Part shown: one piece after another, positions 53,833 to 63,365 of the stretch
Numbering within the stretch: the stretch's first letter is position 1
How the letters are laid out: the number at the start of each line of letters is the position of its first letter
From: Candidatus Dormiibacterota bacterium
GTDB lineage: Bacteria; Chloroflexota; Dormibacteria; Aeolococcales; Aeolococcaceae
Assembly: GCA_963791435.1 (NCBI GenBank)
Contig: CAWBSL010000003.1
Coordinates: forward strand, 421,035 to 485,034
Length of the DNA stretch: 64,000 nucleotides
Direction: 5' to 3'
Made by a program: the position numbers and the translations under genes
The notes under the pieces: generated by a model
What the model was told of the DNA's origin: nothing
The model's database searches: none
Seen by the model: the letters and a program-made list of their open reading frames with translations, nothing else

Positions 53833-56148
53833 ATGCGACCTCATCGTCTATGCAGTGTGCGTGTGGAGAGTCACCTGAGAACCCCACGCGGGGCTCTCAC
53901 GCGGCGGGACGGGTCCGAGCGGCTGATTGTGACCCCACCCAAGCGAGCGAAGTCGTCTCCCATCGTGCTCGCGCACGCCAATGAGGATCTGCGCTTCGTC
54001 CGCGCGGCGTTTTGCGCCATGCGTGACCTGGTTGCCGTGTGCGACCCCTACGGGCGCGTGACGTTGATCAACAACGCCATGGCACTGTTCTCGGGTATCG
54101 ACGCGCGCGGTGCCCTGCCGGAGCCATGGACCGACTACGGCGAGATCTCCCACCTCGACGGAGAGCCCATCGCCGATGGGGCCGACCCGATGAGCAGAGC
54201 GCTTCGCGGCGAAACCGTTCGCGACGTCGAGATGATCATGATCAGCAAATCAGGGCAGCGGCGGAAGATGATCGCCGACGGCGAGCCGCTGCTCGACGGG
54301 TCGGGCGAGCTTCTCGGCGCGATCGTCGTCTGGCATGACATCACCGAGCGCCGGCTCGCCGAGGACCAGCTCGCCTTTCAGACCCATCACAATGCGCTGA
54401 CAGGACTCCCGAATCGGGACCTGTTCGTTCTGCTCGTCCGCGATGCGCTCGTGAGGGCGCCGTCGCTCCGGGGATGGACGGCGGTGCTCGCTGTGAACAT
54501 CGATCACTTCGCCGACATTGCGACACGCCTAGGCGACCGCTCGGGCGATCACTCCGGCGATGCGTTTGTTGCCGAGATTGCGCGCCGCATCGACGAGTCC
54601 CTCCGTCGCAGAACCGGGTCGCGATCGATCGACACACTTGCGCACACGGGCGGCGACAACTTTCTCGTGCTGTGTGAAGACGTCGCCGACGTGAGCGCCG
54701 CCAAGTTGATTGCCCGCAGGATCGCGGGGGCGCTCGTGGCACCCATGTCACTCGCCGGTGAGGAGCTCAGTGTCACCGCATGTATCGGCATCACGCTGAC
54801 GCGCGACCCGGGCCGCGAGCCAGAGCCGCTCATCCGCGAATCCGAGGCGGCGATGCAACGTGCGCAGCGCCGCGGAGCCGGACGGCACGAGATGTTCACC
54901 GGCGAGATGCACGCGCAGCGCCTGGTCAGGATCGCCAACGAGTTGTCGCTGCGCGAGGCACTTGTGCGGGGGGAGTTCTATGTGGACTACCAGCCCAAGA
55001 TCTCCCTCGTCACCGACAGAACGGTCGGCGTCGAAGCCTTGATTCGCTGGATGCACCCGGAACGCGGACTCATCGCCCCACTCGACTTCATCCCACTTGC
55101 GGAGGAGTCGGGAATCATCGTGCAGATCGGGACCTGGGTGCTCGAGCAGGTATGCCGCGACGCCGTTCGCTGGCGCACGGCGCTCCCTGGTGGTCAACCG
55201 CTCATGGTGGCCGTGAACGTCTCGCCGCGCCAGTTCGAATCCGATCTCGCCGAGACCTTCGGCGGCATCATCGGGCGCTCGGGCATCGATCCCGCAACGG
55301 TGTGTCTCGAGGTCACCGAGAGCATGGTCATGCAGGATGCGGAGCTCGCGATCGCGACGCTCCGCGAGCTCAAGTCGCTCGGCCTCAGCATCTCGGTCGA
55401 CGACTTCGGCACCGGATTCTCTTCGCTGGCATATCTGAAACGATTCCCTCTCGACGAGCTCAAGATCGACAAGTCGTTCGTGGACGGCCTCGGACACGAT
55501 TTCGAGGCGACCGCGATTGTTGCGGCCGTGATGGGCATGGCGCACGCACTTGATCTTCGCGTTGTCGCCGAGGGCGTCGAGACGGCGGATCAGGTGATCC
55601 GACTGCGCACGCTGGGATGCGATGAAGCGCAGGGATTCTTCTACGCGCGGCCCGGCCCTGCTGTCGACATTGACGCCCGTCTGCTCGCCGAGGCGCGAGC
55701 AAACGTTGGCGGAACCAAGCACGCGGACCGCAAGCACGCCGAGAGCGCCCACATTGGGAAGATTCTCGTCGTCGACGACGCCGACGATGTCCGTCAGCTG
55801 GCGCGTTCGAGCCTTGCAGCGGTGGGCTTCGAGGTTCGTGAGGCCACCACTGGTGAGGACGCGGTCACGATGGCGCGTCACTTCAAGCCCGACTGCCTGG
55901 TGCTCGATGTGAATCTCCCGGGGATCAGCGGCTTCGACGTGTGCCGGATCCTTCGCGACGATCCCGCCAACCAGCGCACGACCATCGTCATTCTCACCGG
56001 CGACGCCGCGCCGAGCGAGAAGGTGATGGCGTTTTCCCTGGAAGCGGATGACTACATGGTCAAACCGTTCAGCCCACGCGACCTGGTGAGCCGGGTCACT
56101 GCCGCCATCCGGAGGCGCGGCGAGATGTTCGCCTCGAATCCTCCGTGA
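53833..56148 (+). CDS. PAS - degenerate GGDEF (GGDNF) - EAL - C-terminal receiver protein; likely a c-di-GMP phosphodiesterase
   Basis: PAS (VAVCDPYGRVTLINNA...WHDITERR). GGDEF domain with RSID...GGDNF. EAL blocks GVEALIRW, DDFGTGFSSL, KIDKSF and EGVET. Receiver KILVVDDADD...LVLDVNLPGISG...DYMVKPF. The start is uncertain (ATG 53833 or later GTG codons). The ORF-track start at 53179 overlaps the EamA gene. Confidence 0.85.
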   Translation: MRPHRLCSVRVESHLRTPRGALTRRDGSERLIVTPPKRAKSSPIVLAHANEDLRFVRAAFCAMRDLVAVCDPYGRVTLINNAMALFSGIDARGALPEPWTDYGEISHLDGEPIADGADPMSRALRGETVRDVEMIMISKSGQRRKMIADGEPLLDGSGELLGAIVVWHDITERRLAEDQLAFQTHHNALTGLPNRDLFVLLVRDALVRAPSLRGWTAVLAVNIDHFADIATRLGDRSGDHSGDAFVAEIARRIDESLRRRTGSRSIDTLAHTGGDNFLVLCEDVADVSAAKLIARRIAGALVAPMSLAGEELSVTACIGITLTRDPGREPEPLIRESEAAMQRAQRRGAGRHEMFTGEMHAQRLVRIANELSLREALVRGEFYVDYQPKISLVTDRTVGVEALIRWMHPERGLIAPLDFIPLAEESGIIVQIGTWVLEQVCRDAVRWRTALPGGQPLMVAVNVSPRQFESDLAETFGGIIGRSGIDPATVCLEVTESMVMQDAELAIATLRELKSLGLSISVDDFGTGFSSLAYLKRFPLDELKIDKSFVDGLGHDFEATAIVAAVMGMAHALDLRVVAEGVETADQVIRLRTLGCDEAQGFFYARPGPAVDIDARLLAEARANVGGTKHADRKHAESAHIGKILVVDDADDVRQLARSSLAAVGFEVREATTGEDAVTMARHFKPDCLVLDVNLPGISGFDVCRILRDDPANQRTTIVILTGDAAPSEKVMAFSLEADDYMVKPFSPRDLVSRVTAAIRRRGEMFASNPP

Positions 56149-56194
56149 TCGCGCCGCAATCATCACCGCCAGTCATGACCATGGAGGGTCTGCA

Positions 56195-59100
56195 TTGACC
56201 ATCGTCGTCGTACTCGTCTCAGTTGTCGCCACGCTTGCTCTGGTGGCGCTGTTCGTCGCGACGATCGGGCCGGTGAGCCGCCGGTTCCGGATCGTGAGGA
56301 CGTCATCTCCGATCGCATCCCCGCAATCATCTCCGGGCATTTCGCTCAGGGACGAAGTCGACGAGCTTGCCCAGTTCCTTGCTGCGTGGCAGCGAGTGAC
56401 CGTCGATCGTCTCAGCGGGCGAGTCGAGCAGTCCGAGGTCCTCGACAAGGGCCTGCTCGCCCACGTCGCCAAATTGCTCGGTGCCGAACGTATCGTCATC
56501 AGCCTGCTCGACCCCAGCGGTTTGCGCATCGTTGACGGACATCCGGACGTCGAGGAGTCGGTCGTCGTGGGCGATTCGCCCAGCCGCCGCGCAGTCCACT
56601 CCGGTCAGATCTATATCGGCGACCTCTGCGCCGAGCCCTGGGGTCAGGACACGATCGCCTATCGCGACCTGACGAACACTGGTCCTGTCATGGCCATTCC
56701 GATGGTGAGTGGGGGAGAGAGCATCGGCGCGGTCATGGTGCTCCGCAGCGCCGGAGAGATTCAGTTCACGCGTGTCGAGTCCGACCGCGCGCGAATCCTC
56801 GTCCCGCCGCTTGCCGGTGCGGTGCGTCTCAGCAGCCTGTCCGACCAGCTGCGCAGCGACAACATCGCAGCCGACGTGGAGCGGACGCGCCTGTCCAACA
56901 GCCTTCGCATGCTCCTCGAGTTTGCCGGTGAGGGCATCTACGGCATCGACGCCGACGGGCGTTGCACGTTCATGAACACCGCTGCCGCCGGCGCGCTCGG
57001 CGTCGACGTCTCGAGTGTCATGGGTGAGCTCACGCACCCGCTCTTCCACCACAACCGGTCCGACGGCTCGGTGATCGCATTCATTGACAGCCCCATCTAC
57101 AAGGCGATGCACGGCGGCGGGAGCTGTCGTGTCGCGACCGAGGTGATGTGGCGCAGCAACGGGAGCTCGTTCCCCGCCGAGTATTCGGCCTTCCCGATCG
57201 TCGACGAGGCCGCCGTCACCGGTGAGGCCACCGGTGCCGTGATCACCTTCAACGACATCACCGAGCGCAAGCGCATCGAGGACGACCTCGCCGTCGCGCA
57301 CGCGCAGGCCATGGAGGCCTCGCGGCTGAAGTCGGAGTTCCTGGCCAACATGAGCCATGAGATCCGCACGCCGATGAACGGGGTGATCGGGATGACCGGC
57401 CTGCTGTTCACGACGAGCCTGAACGGCGAGCAGCGCGAGTACGCGGAGGCGATCAGCCAGTCCGCGGAGTCGCTGCTCACCGTGATCAACGACATCCTCG
57501 ACTTCTCGAAGATCGAGGCGGGAAAGATCGACATCGAGGTGATCGACTTCGACCTGCGTGTTGTCGTGGAGGAGGCGGCCAAGGTGGTGGCGCCGAAGGC
57601 CGATGAGAAGGACCTCGAGCTCGCCGTCATGGTCGATCCGCAGATGACCATGCGCGTTCGCGGCGACCCGGGCCGGATCCGCCAGATCCTCATCAACATG
57701 CTCGGCAACGCGGTCAAATTCACCGACGCCGGGGAGGTCATCCTCAGAGTCCGTAAGGAATCGGAGCATGGGACCGCGATGGGCTTGCGCTTCGAGATCA
57801 CCGACACCGGGATCGGCATCGACGCTACGCAGCGGGCGCGGCTCTTCGAGAGCTTCATCCAGGCGGACGCGTCGACGACACGCCGCTTCGGCGGGACCGG
57901 ACTCGGACTGGCGATCTGCAAGAAGCTCGTCGAGCGGATGGGCGGCCAGGTCGGCGTGGAGAGCGAGGCCGGGATCGGGAGCACGTTCTGGTTCACGCTC
58001 ACCCTGGAAACCGCGACGCGAGCGCTCAGCAGGCCGGCACCGTCGCGGAATGCGCTCCAGGACGTGCGCGTCCTCGTGGTGGACGACAACAGCACCAACC
58101 GGGTGATCCTCGAGCAGAACCTCCGAGTGTGGGGCGCTCGCTCAGCGAGTTTCGAGAGCGGCCCGGATGCCCTCGCCGGGCTCCGACATGCGGTGGATGC
58201 CGGAGATCCCTACCGGCTCGCGATCCTCGACTACCAGATGCCGGGGATGGACGGCATCGACCTCACCAGGGCAATCCGTCGCGATCCGGTCTACGCCGCC
58301 GTGGGACTGATCCTCCTGACTTCGTCGTCGCGCCCTGGCGACACGCAGATCGCGGAGCAGGCGGGCATCAACGCGTTCCTGACCAAGCCGGCGCGCATCG
58401 CCAATCTCTACGACTGCCTCGCGACACTTCTCGTCCGTTCGGACGAGGATGGCGGGGATCAGGTCATCACGGAAAGCCTCCGATACTCGTTTACAGAGGT
58501 GTCACCGGAGCTGCGCTCGCGGATCCTCGTCGTTGACGACAACCCGGTGAATCAACGTGTCGCCGTGCGCATGCTCGAGAAGATGGGTCACATCGTCGAC
58601 ATCGCGGACAACGGCATCGGAGCACTTGCGGCTCTCGGCCGGGTCCGATATGACGCGGTGCTGATGGACTGCCAGATGCCTGAGATGGACGGATTCGAGG
58701 CAACTCGTGAAGTTCGCCGGCGTGAAGGCTCTGACCGCCACACCGTGATCATTGCGATGACCGCCGGCGCCATGGCCGGGGATCAGGAGAAATGCCTCGC
58801 GGCCGGGATGGACGCATACCTGAGCAAGCCGGTCAAGGCCGACAAGCTCGCCGCCATGGTGGCCCTCTGGACCGGAGCGGACCTCCACGGAAAGGTTCCG
58901 ACGCAGGATCCTGCGATAGCCGGCCTTCTCGATCAGACCTACGTGTCGGGGCTTCGGGAGCTGGGCACCGACGAGTTCGACAAGCTGATCAAGCTCTTCC
59001 TCACGGACGGGCAGACGCGCGTCGACGGGCTGCGCGCGGCGCAGGTGGCCGGCGATACGTCAGCGATGGTCAAGCTCGCGCACAGTCTCAAGGGAAGCGC

Positions 59101-59302
59101 GAGCAGTTTCGGTGCCGGAACACTGGCGGCGCGCTGCGGAGAGCTCCAGGCCCGGGCGCGCGCGGCGGATGCAGCCGAGGACGCCAGGATGATCGATCGC
59201 GTGGACGCCGAGTTCGTGCTCGCGAGCGCCGCGTTGCGTGAGGAACTCGCCCCGGAGCCGGCTGTCGCCCAGGTCGATGGCGCGCGCCCTAAAGGCGGGT
59301 GA
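56195..59302 (+). CDS. Membrane-anchored hybrid histidine kinase: TM-GAF-PAS-HisKA-HATPase-REC-REC-HPt
   Basis: N-terminal TM helix. MSHEIRTPMNGVIGM H-box. GTGLGLAICKKLVERMGG. Receivers with ILDYQMPGMDG and VLMDCQMPEMDG. HPt motif HSLKGSASSFGA. TTG start with GGAGGG upstream. Confidence 0.9.
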   Translation: MTIVVVLVSVVATLALVALFVATIGPVSRRFRIVRTSSPIASPQSSPGISLRDEVDELAQFLAAWQRVTVDRLSGRVEQSEVLDKGLLAHVAKLLGAERIVISLLDPSGLRIVDGHPDVEESVVVGDSPSRRAVHSGQIYIGDLCAEPWGQDTIAYRDLTNTGPVMAIPMVSGGESIGAVMVLRSAGEIQFTRVESDRARILVPPLAGAVRLSSLSDQLRSDNIAADVERTRLSNSLRMLLEFAGEGIYGIDADGRCTFMNTAAAGALGVDVSSVMGELTHPLFHHNRSDGSVIAFIDSPIYKAMHGGGSCRVATEVMWRSNGSSFPAEYSAFPIVDEAAVTGEATGAVITFNDITERKRIEDDLAVAHAQAMEASRLKSEFLANMSHEIRTPMNGVIGMTGLLFTTSLNGEQREYAEAISQSAESLLTVINDILDFSKIEAGKIDIEVIDFDLRVVVEEAAKVVAPKADEKDLELAVMVDPQMTMRVRGDPGRIRQILINMLGNAVKFTDAGEVILRVRKESEHGTAMGLRFEITDTGIGIDATQRARLFESFIQADASTTRRFGGTGLGLAICKKLVERMGGQVGVESEAGIGSTFWFTLTLETATRALSRPAPSRNALQDVRVLVVDDNSTNRVILEQNLRVWGARSASFESGPDALAGLRHAVDAGDPYRLAILDYQMPGMDGIDLTRAIRRDPVYAAVGLILLTSSSRPGDTQIAEQAGINAFLTKPARIANLYDCLATLLVRSDEDGGDQVITESLRYSFTEVSPELRSRILVVDDNPVNQRVAVRMLEKMGHIVDIADNGIGALAALGRVRYDAVLMDCQMPEMDGFEATREVRRREGSDRHTVIIAMTAGAMAGDQEKCLAAGMDAYLSKPVKADKLAAMVALWTGADLHGKVPTQDPAIAGLLDQTYVSGLRELGTDEFDKLIKLFLTDGQTRVDGLRAAQVAGDTSAMVKLAHSLKGSASSFGAGTLAARCGELQARARAADAAEDARMIDRVDAEFVLASAALREELAPEPAVAQVDGARPKGG

Positions 59303-59312
59303 CCGCCTCTGG

Positions 59313-61277
59313 TTAGTTGAACGAGTGCGCCACTGCGCGCGGTCGCAGCGCGCTGAGTGCGGCGCGGTCGGCAAGCGCAGTGGCGACGTCCTCGATGTCG
59401 GCTGCCATCGTGGGTTTGCCGAGACCGAATCCCTGCCCGAGCTTGATGCCACCCGCCTTCATCAGGTCCGCGACGAATTCGTTCTCGACACCTTCAGCAA
59501 TAACAACCGCACCGCTTACACGTGCGAATGCCAGGGTCGCATCCATTGCCGCGCGCGATCCCAGCTTCGTCGACGTCATGGTGAGGCTGCGTCCCAGCTT
59601 GAGGAACTCGCTCGCGGAGGCTGCCAGGAGCTCGAGGGTGGAATGCCCTTCGCCCACATCATCGAGCGCGAAGCGGATCCCCTCAGCGCGATATGAGGCG
59701 AGCACGCGTGCCAGCACCTCGTAGTCGCGAATGCGCTCGTGCTCGGTGATCTCCAGAATCACGGACGTGGGCGCACGGCCGGCAGTCCTCAGCAGCAGCA
59801 GGAGCTGGTCGACGCCGTGCACGGGGTCGAGGAGTGCCGCGGCGCTGATGTTGAGAAACAGCGGCTTGTCGGGTGGTAGTTCACGGGCCTCCTCGACTGC
59901 TTTGCGCCGGCAGAGCCAATCGAGGTCGCGAATCTGACCACCCGTACGAGCAGCCTCGAAGACCGGCTCCACCGAGTCCATCGATGCGAAGCCCTCCGGC
60001 CGCGCGAGCGCCTCGTATCCCACGACCGTGCCGTCGTCGAGGCTGACGATCGGCTGGAACATGGTCGTTATGGATCCGCCCTTGAGAACTCGCGCAACGA
60101 CGTCTGAATACGAGCGTTCGGCGATATCGGCCGCCTCGCCACCCTCGTACGACGACCCCGCGATGCGGTCACCACCGGCACGCTTGGCGTGGTACAGGGA
60201 CTCGTCGGCACGCTGCCACACCGACGGTGGATCAGCTCCCGCCGGGGCAGCGCTCCATCCAACCGTGATGCGTACCGGCCCAGTCGGAAGCACGAGTGAA
60301 TGCATCGCCACACGCATGCGTTCCGCAACCAGTTGGGCGCCGAACGCGCCGATCTCGGGCAGGAGCGCGGCGAACTCGTCGCCGCCGATGCGAGCCATGA
60401 CGTCCCAACCGCGCACGAGCAGTCCGAGCGTGTGACCGACGACCCGGAGCAACGCGTCTCCGGCGGCATGTCCCTGGGAATCATTGATGTCCTTGAGGTG
60501 GTCGACGTCCACGGAGAGCACGGCGAATGGAAGACGCGGAATGGTGCGCAGCGCGCGGTCGAATTCACGCCGGTTCTTGAGCCCGGTGAGCGCGTCCGTG
60601 GACGCGAGCGCCGCAAGTTCGATGGCCGCCGCATGCATCGCCGCTTCGCCGCGGGATCGATCGATGAATCGACCGAGGTGATGGCAGATCGTCGACATCG
60701 ATGCCAGTGTCCTGCTGTCGGGGCGAACGGCCGGCTCGCGGAACACCGCGAGAACACCGACGATGTCACCGCTCCTGCCAATCGGGAAGGTCACGGCGCT
60801 GTGGATGCCCGCGGCTGCGGCCTCCGCGGCGCGGCCCCCTTTGCCTCCGGCGATGACGGATGCGACCGCCGAACCGCGACCTGTCCTGACGACGCGGCTG
60901 ACCAGCGCCGGTCCCGTGCCGACTCCCAGCGCGCGGCCGCCTGCCTCGAAAGCGGCGACATCCGGCGCGCCGTCGGACGATGAGTACTGCAGTTCGACAT
61001 CGCGCGCGGCGCCGTCACGCAACCAGATCTCGCCGATGCGCCCGTCGAGCGCGGCGGTGAGCATGGTGAGCGTCATGCCGAGGGTGACGTCCAGGTCGGT
61101 CGACTCGTTGAAAAGCGCGAGAATCGCGATCAGCAGCTCGTCCGACGAGTGGATTGCGGGGACAAGTGAATGCCGGTCGACGCGTCCGACCACGTTGCGA
61201 TGCACATCGGCGACGAGACGCACGACCGCGCCATCAGGCACTTCCGCGTCTGAGTGGTCGATGGGCAGAACCGACAC
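59313..61277 (-). CDS. GAF-GGDEF-EAL protein (both catalytic motifs intact)
   Basis: RGWD-x5-GGDEF (I-site plus A-site). EAL blocks GYEALARP, DDVGEGHSTL and EGVENE. An N-terminal GAF-like region is present. Confidence 0.9.
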   Translation of the reverse strand: MSVLPIDHSDAEVPDGAVVRLVADVHRNVVGRVDRHSLVPAIHSSDELLIAILALFNESTDLDVTLGMTLTMLTAALDGRIGEIWLRDGAARDVELQYSSSDGAPDVAAFEAGGRALGVGTGPALVSRVVRTGRGSAVASVIAGGKGGRAAEAAAAGIHSAVTFPIGRSGDIVGVLAVFREPAVRPDSRTLASMSTICHHLGRFIDRSRGEAAMHAAAIELAALASTDALTGLKNRREFDRALRTIPRLPFAVLSVDVDHLKDINDSQGHAAGDALLRVVGHTLGLLVRGWDVMARIGGDEFAALLPEIGAFGAQLVAERMRVAMHSLVLPTGPVRITVGWSAAPAGADPPSVWQRADESLYHAKRAGGDRIAGSSYEGGEAADIAERSYSDVVARVLKGGSITTMFQPIVSLDDGTVVGYEALARPEGFASMDSVEPVFEAARTGGQIRDLDWLCRRKAVEEARELPPDKPLFLNISAAALLDPVHGVDQLLLLLRTAGRAPTSVILEITEHERIRDYEVLARVLASYRAEGIRFALDDVGEGHSTLELLAASASEFLKLGRSLTMTSTKLGSRAAMDATLAFARVSGAVVIAEGVENEFVADLMKAGGIKLGQGFGLGKPTMAADIEDVATALADRAALSALRPRAVAHSFN

Positions 61278-61498
61278 CGGGCTTCACCTGGAACGGACGA
61301 AGTAACCCTCGTACTGCACGTTGCTGACGGTCCAGATCGTGGTCTGTACGCAAACAGACTTATGCCGCTCTCCGCGACAGCACTGCCATGTGCGGTTGCA
61401 GAGCGGTCATGTAGAGGACACGGAGATGACAGCGCTGTAATACGCGACGAGGGTGCACGGGTGTCTGCGTCAGGGATGAAGGCGCCCGGGCAGGTACC

Positions 61499-61660
61499 AT
61501 GACGGCGATGGACAAGGACGCGGGGCTGGTCACGCGTGAGGTGATCGAGGGTCCGCCGATCGCCTCGCTGTACCGGCTCACGCCGGGAGACGAGGCACTG
61601 CGGCCGGCGCTTCTGGCGCTCGGGGCGCGGGCGGACGCACATCTGAGCACGCACGCTTGA
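61499..61660 (+). CDS. Candidate 53-aa ORF translationally coupled to the ABC-2 ATPase gene
   Basis: MTAMDKDAGLVTREVIEGPPIASLYRLTPGDEALRPALLALGARADAHLSTHA. Codon third positions are almost all G/C. The TGA stop (61658-61660) overlaps the TTG start (61657) of the next gene. It is below the ORF-track size cut-off. Confidence 0.3.
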   Translation: MTAMDKDAGLVTREVIEGPPIASLYRLTPGDEALRPALLALGARADAHLSTHA

Positions 61661-62592
61661 GCGGCGCACCACCGGGCGTCGATGGTCGCATCGTCGCGAC
61701 CGACCTCACCAAGGTCTTCGGTGACATCAAGGCGGTGGACGGGTTGTCGTTCACCGTCGAGCCGGGGTCGGTCACCGGATTTCTCGGACCCAACGGTGCC
61801 GGCAAGACCACGACCCTCCGAATGATCCTCGGGCTGGCGGCGCCGACGTCCGGTACCGGAACCATCAGCGGCGTCACCTACGAGCATCTGCCGTCGCCAG
61901 GCCTCACTGTCGGGGCGGTCCTGGAGGCGACGAGCTTTCACCCGGGGCGCTCGGCTCGCAACCACCTGCGCGTCTTCTGTGCGGCGGCGGGGCTGCCCGA
62001 CCGACGAGCGGACGAGGTGCTCGACATCGTCGGGCTCACTCAGGCTGCTCGGTATTCCGTGGGAGGGTTCTCGTTGGGCATGCGCCAGAGGCTCGGGCTG
62101 GCCACCGCCCTGCTCGGAAACCCTAGGGTGCTGCTCCTCGATGAGCCCGCAAACGGGCTCGACCCCGAAGGCATCGCGTGGCTCCGCGGCCTGCTTCGGT
62201 ACTTCGCGGACAACGACGGGAGAACGGTGCTGGTCTCGAGCCACGTCCTCTCCGAGGTGGAGCAGACGGTGGACCGCGTCGTGATCATCGCGCGGGGGCG
62301 GCTCATCTACGAGGGCAAGCTCGCGGACCTCGAAGGAGCCAGCGCAGGGGTTGTCGTGCGGACCCCGACCCCCGATCAGCTGAGCGCTGCGTTGGGTCCG
62401 CTCAATGCCAAGGTCACCGCTCGCCCTGACGGGTCGGTCGCAGTCGTCGGCGCGACTCCCGAAGCTGTCGGACGCGCCGCGTGGCAGGCACACGTCGAGT
62501 TGCACGAGTTGCGCGCCGGGAGCTCCAGTCTCGAGGAGACGTTCCTCCGCCTGACGGCCGACGCTCAGCCGCCCGAGGCGCCGAACGCGTGA
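61657..62592 (+). CDS. ABC-2 type transporter ATP-binding protein
   Basis: Walker A GPNGAGKTT, signature-like FSLGMRQRLG, Walker B LLLDEPANGLD, H-loop SSHVL. Confidence 0.9.
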   Translation: MSGAPPGVDGRIVATDLTKVFGDIKAVDGLSFTVEPGSVTGFLGPNGAGKTTTLRMILGLAAPTSGTGTISGVTYEHLPSPGLTVGAVLEATSFHPGRSARNHLRVFCAAAGLPDRRADEVLDIVGLTQAARYSVGGFSLGMRQRLGLATALLGNPRVLLLDEPANGLDPEGIAWLRGLLRYFADNDGRTVLVSSHVLSEVEQTVDRVVIIARGRLIYEGKLADLEGASAGVVVRTPTPDQLSAALGPLNAKVTARPDGSVAVVGATPEAVGRAAWQAHVELHELRAGSSSLEETFLRLTADAQPPEAPNA

Positions 62593-63353
62593 TCAATCTC
62601 CTCCGCGCCGAATGGCGAAAGGTGCTCACCGTCAAGCTCGGGTGGGGAATGCTCCTCGGTGCCATGGCGCTGGCGGCGCTTGGTGTTGTGGCCCAGATCG
62701 CCAGCAACGGGGTCCGCGGCAGCGCCGCGCAGCCACTCACGGCGGCAGCGACCCAGAAGTCGGTCGCGGCTTCCGCGAGTTCGGCGTATCTCTTCGCAGT
62801 CGTGGTGGGCATCATCATCATCACGACAGAGTTCCGCCACTTCACGTCGCGACCAACCTTCCTCATCGAACCGCGACGTGGACTGGTGATCGTGGCGAAA
62901 ATCGTCATCGCCGCTGTGACCGGGGTCATTTACGGACTCGTCTGTGCGGCGCTGACGGCGGCGATCATGATCCCGTGGTTCGCGGCGAAGGGAATCACCA
63001 TCGGCTGGATCGATTACGGGGTGCTCCAGTCGCTGGTTGCCGACATCATCGTGATCGCGATCTTTGCCGTTGTCGGCATCGGCGTCGGGGTACTGGTGCG
63101 CAACCAGATAGCCGCGGTGATTGGAACGCTCGTGTATCTCTTCGTGCTCGAGCCGCTCGTCAACATCGTCCCTGTCATCCAGAACGCCTACCCCTATCTC
63201 CCCGGCGCAGCAGCCGCAGCGATCACTGGCGCGACGCGTGGTGCGGGAAACTCACCGCTCACCGCGCTCGAGGGCGGGCTGGTACTGCTCGGCTGGGGAC
63301 TGTTCTTCGCCGCAGTCGGGTGGATCTTCACGATCCGCCGCGACGTCCCGTAG
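62589..63353 (+). CDS. ABC-2 type transporter permease
   Basis: VINLLRAEWRKVLTVKLGW... followed by six TM helices. The GTG start overlaps the ATPase stop (GTGA). The ORF-track start at 62481 lies inside the ATPase gene. Confidence 0.8.
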   Translation: MINLLRAEWRKVLTVKLGWGMLLGAMALAALGVVAQIASNGVRGSAAQPLTAAATQKSVAASASSAYLFAVVVGIIIITTEFRHFTSRPTFLIEPRRGLVIVAKIVIAAVTGVIYGLVCAALTAAIMIPWFAAKGITIGWIDYGVLQSLVADIIVIAIFAVVGIGVGVLVRNQIAAVIGTLVYLFVLEPLVNIVPVIQNAYPYLPGAAAAAITGATRGAGNSPLTALEGGLVLLGWGLFFAAVGWIFTIRRDVP

Positions 63354-63365
63354 GAGGAGCCGGCT

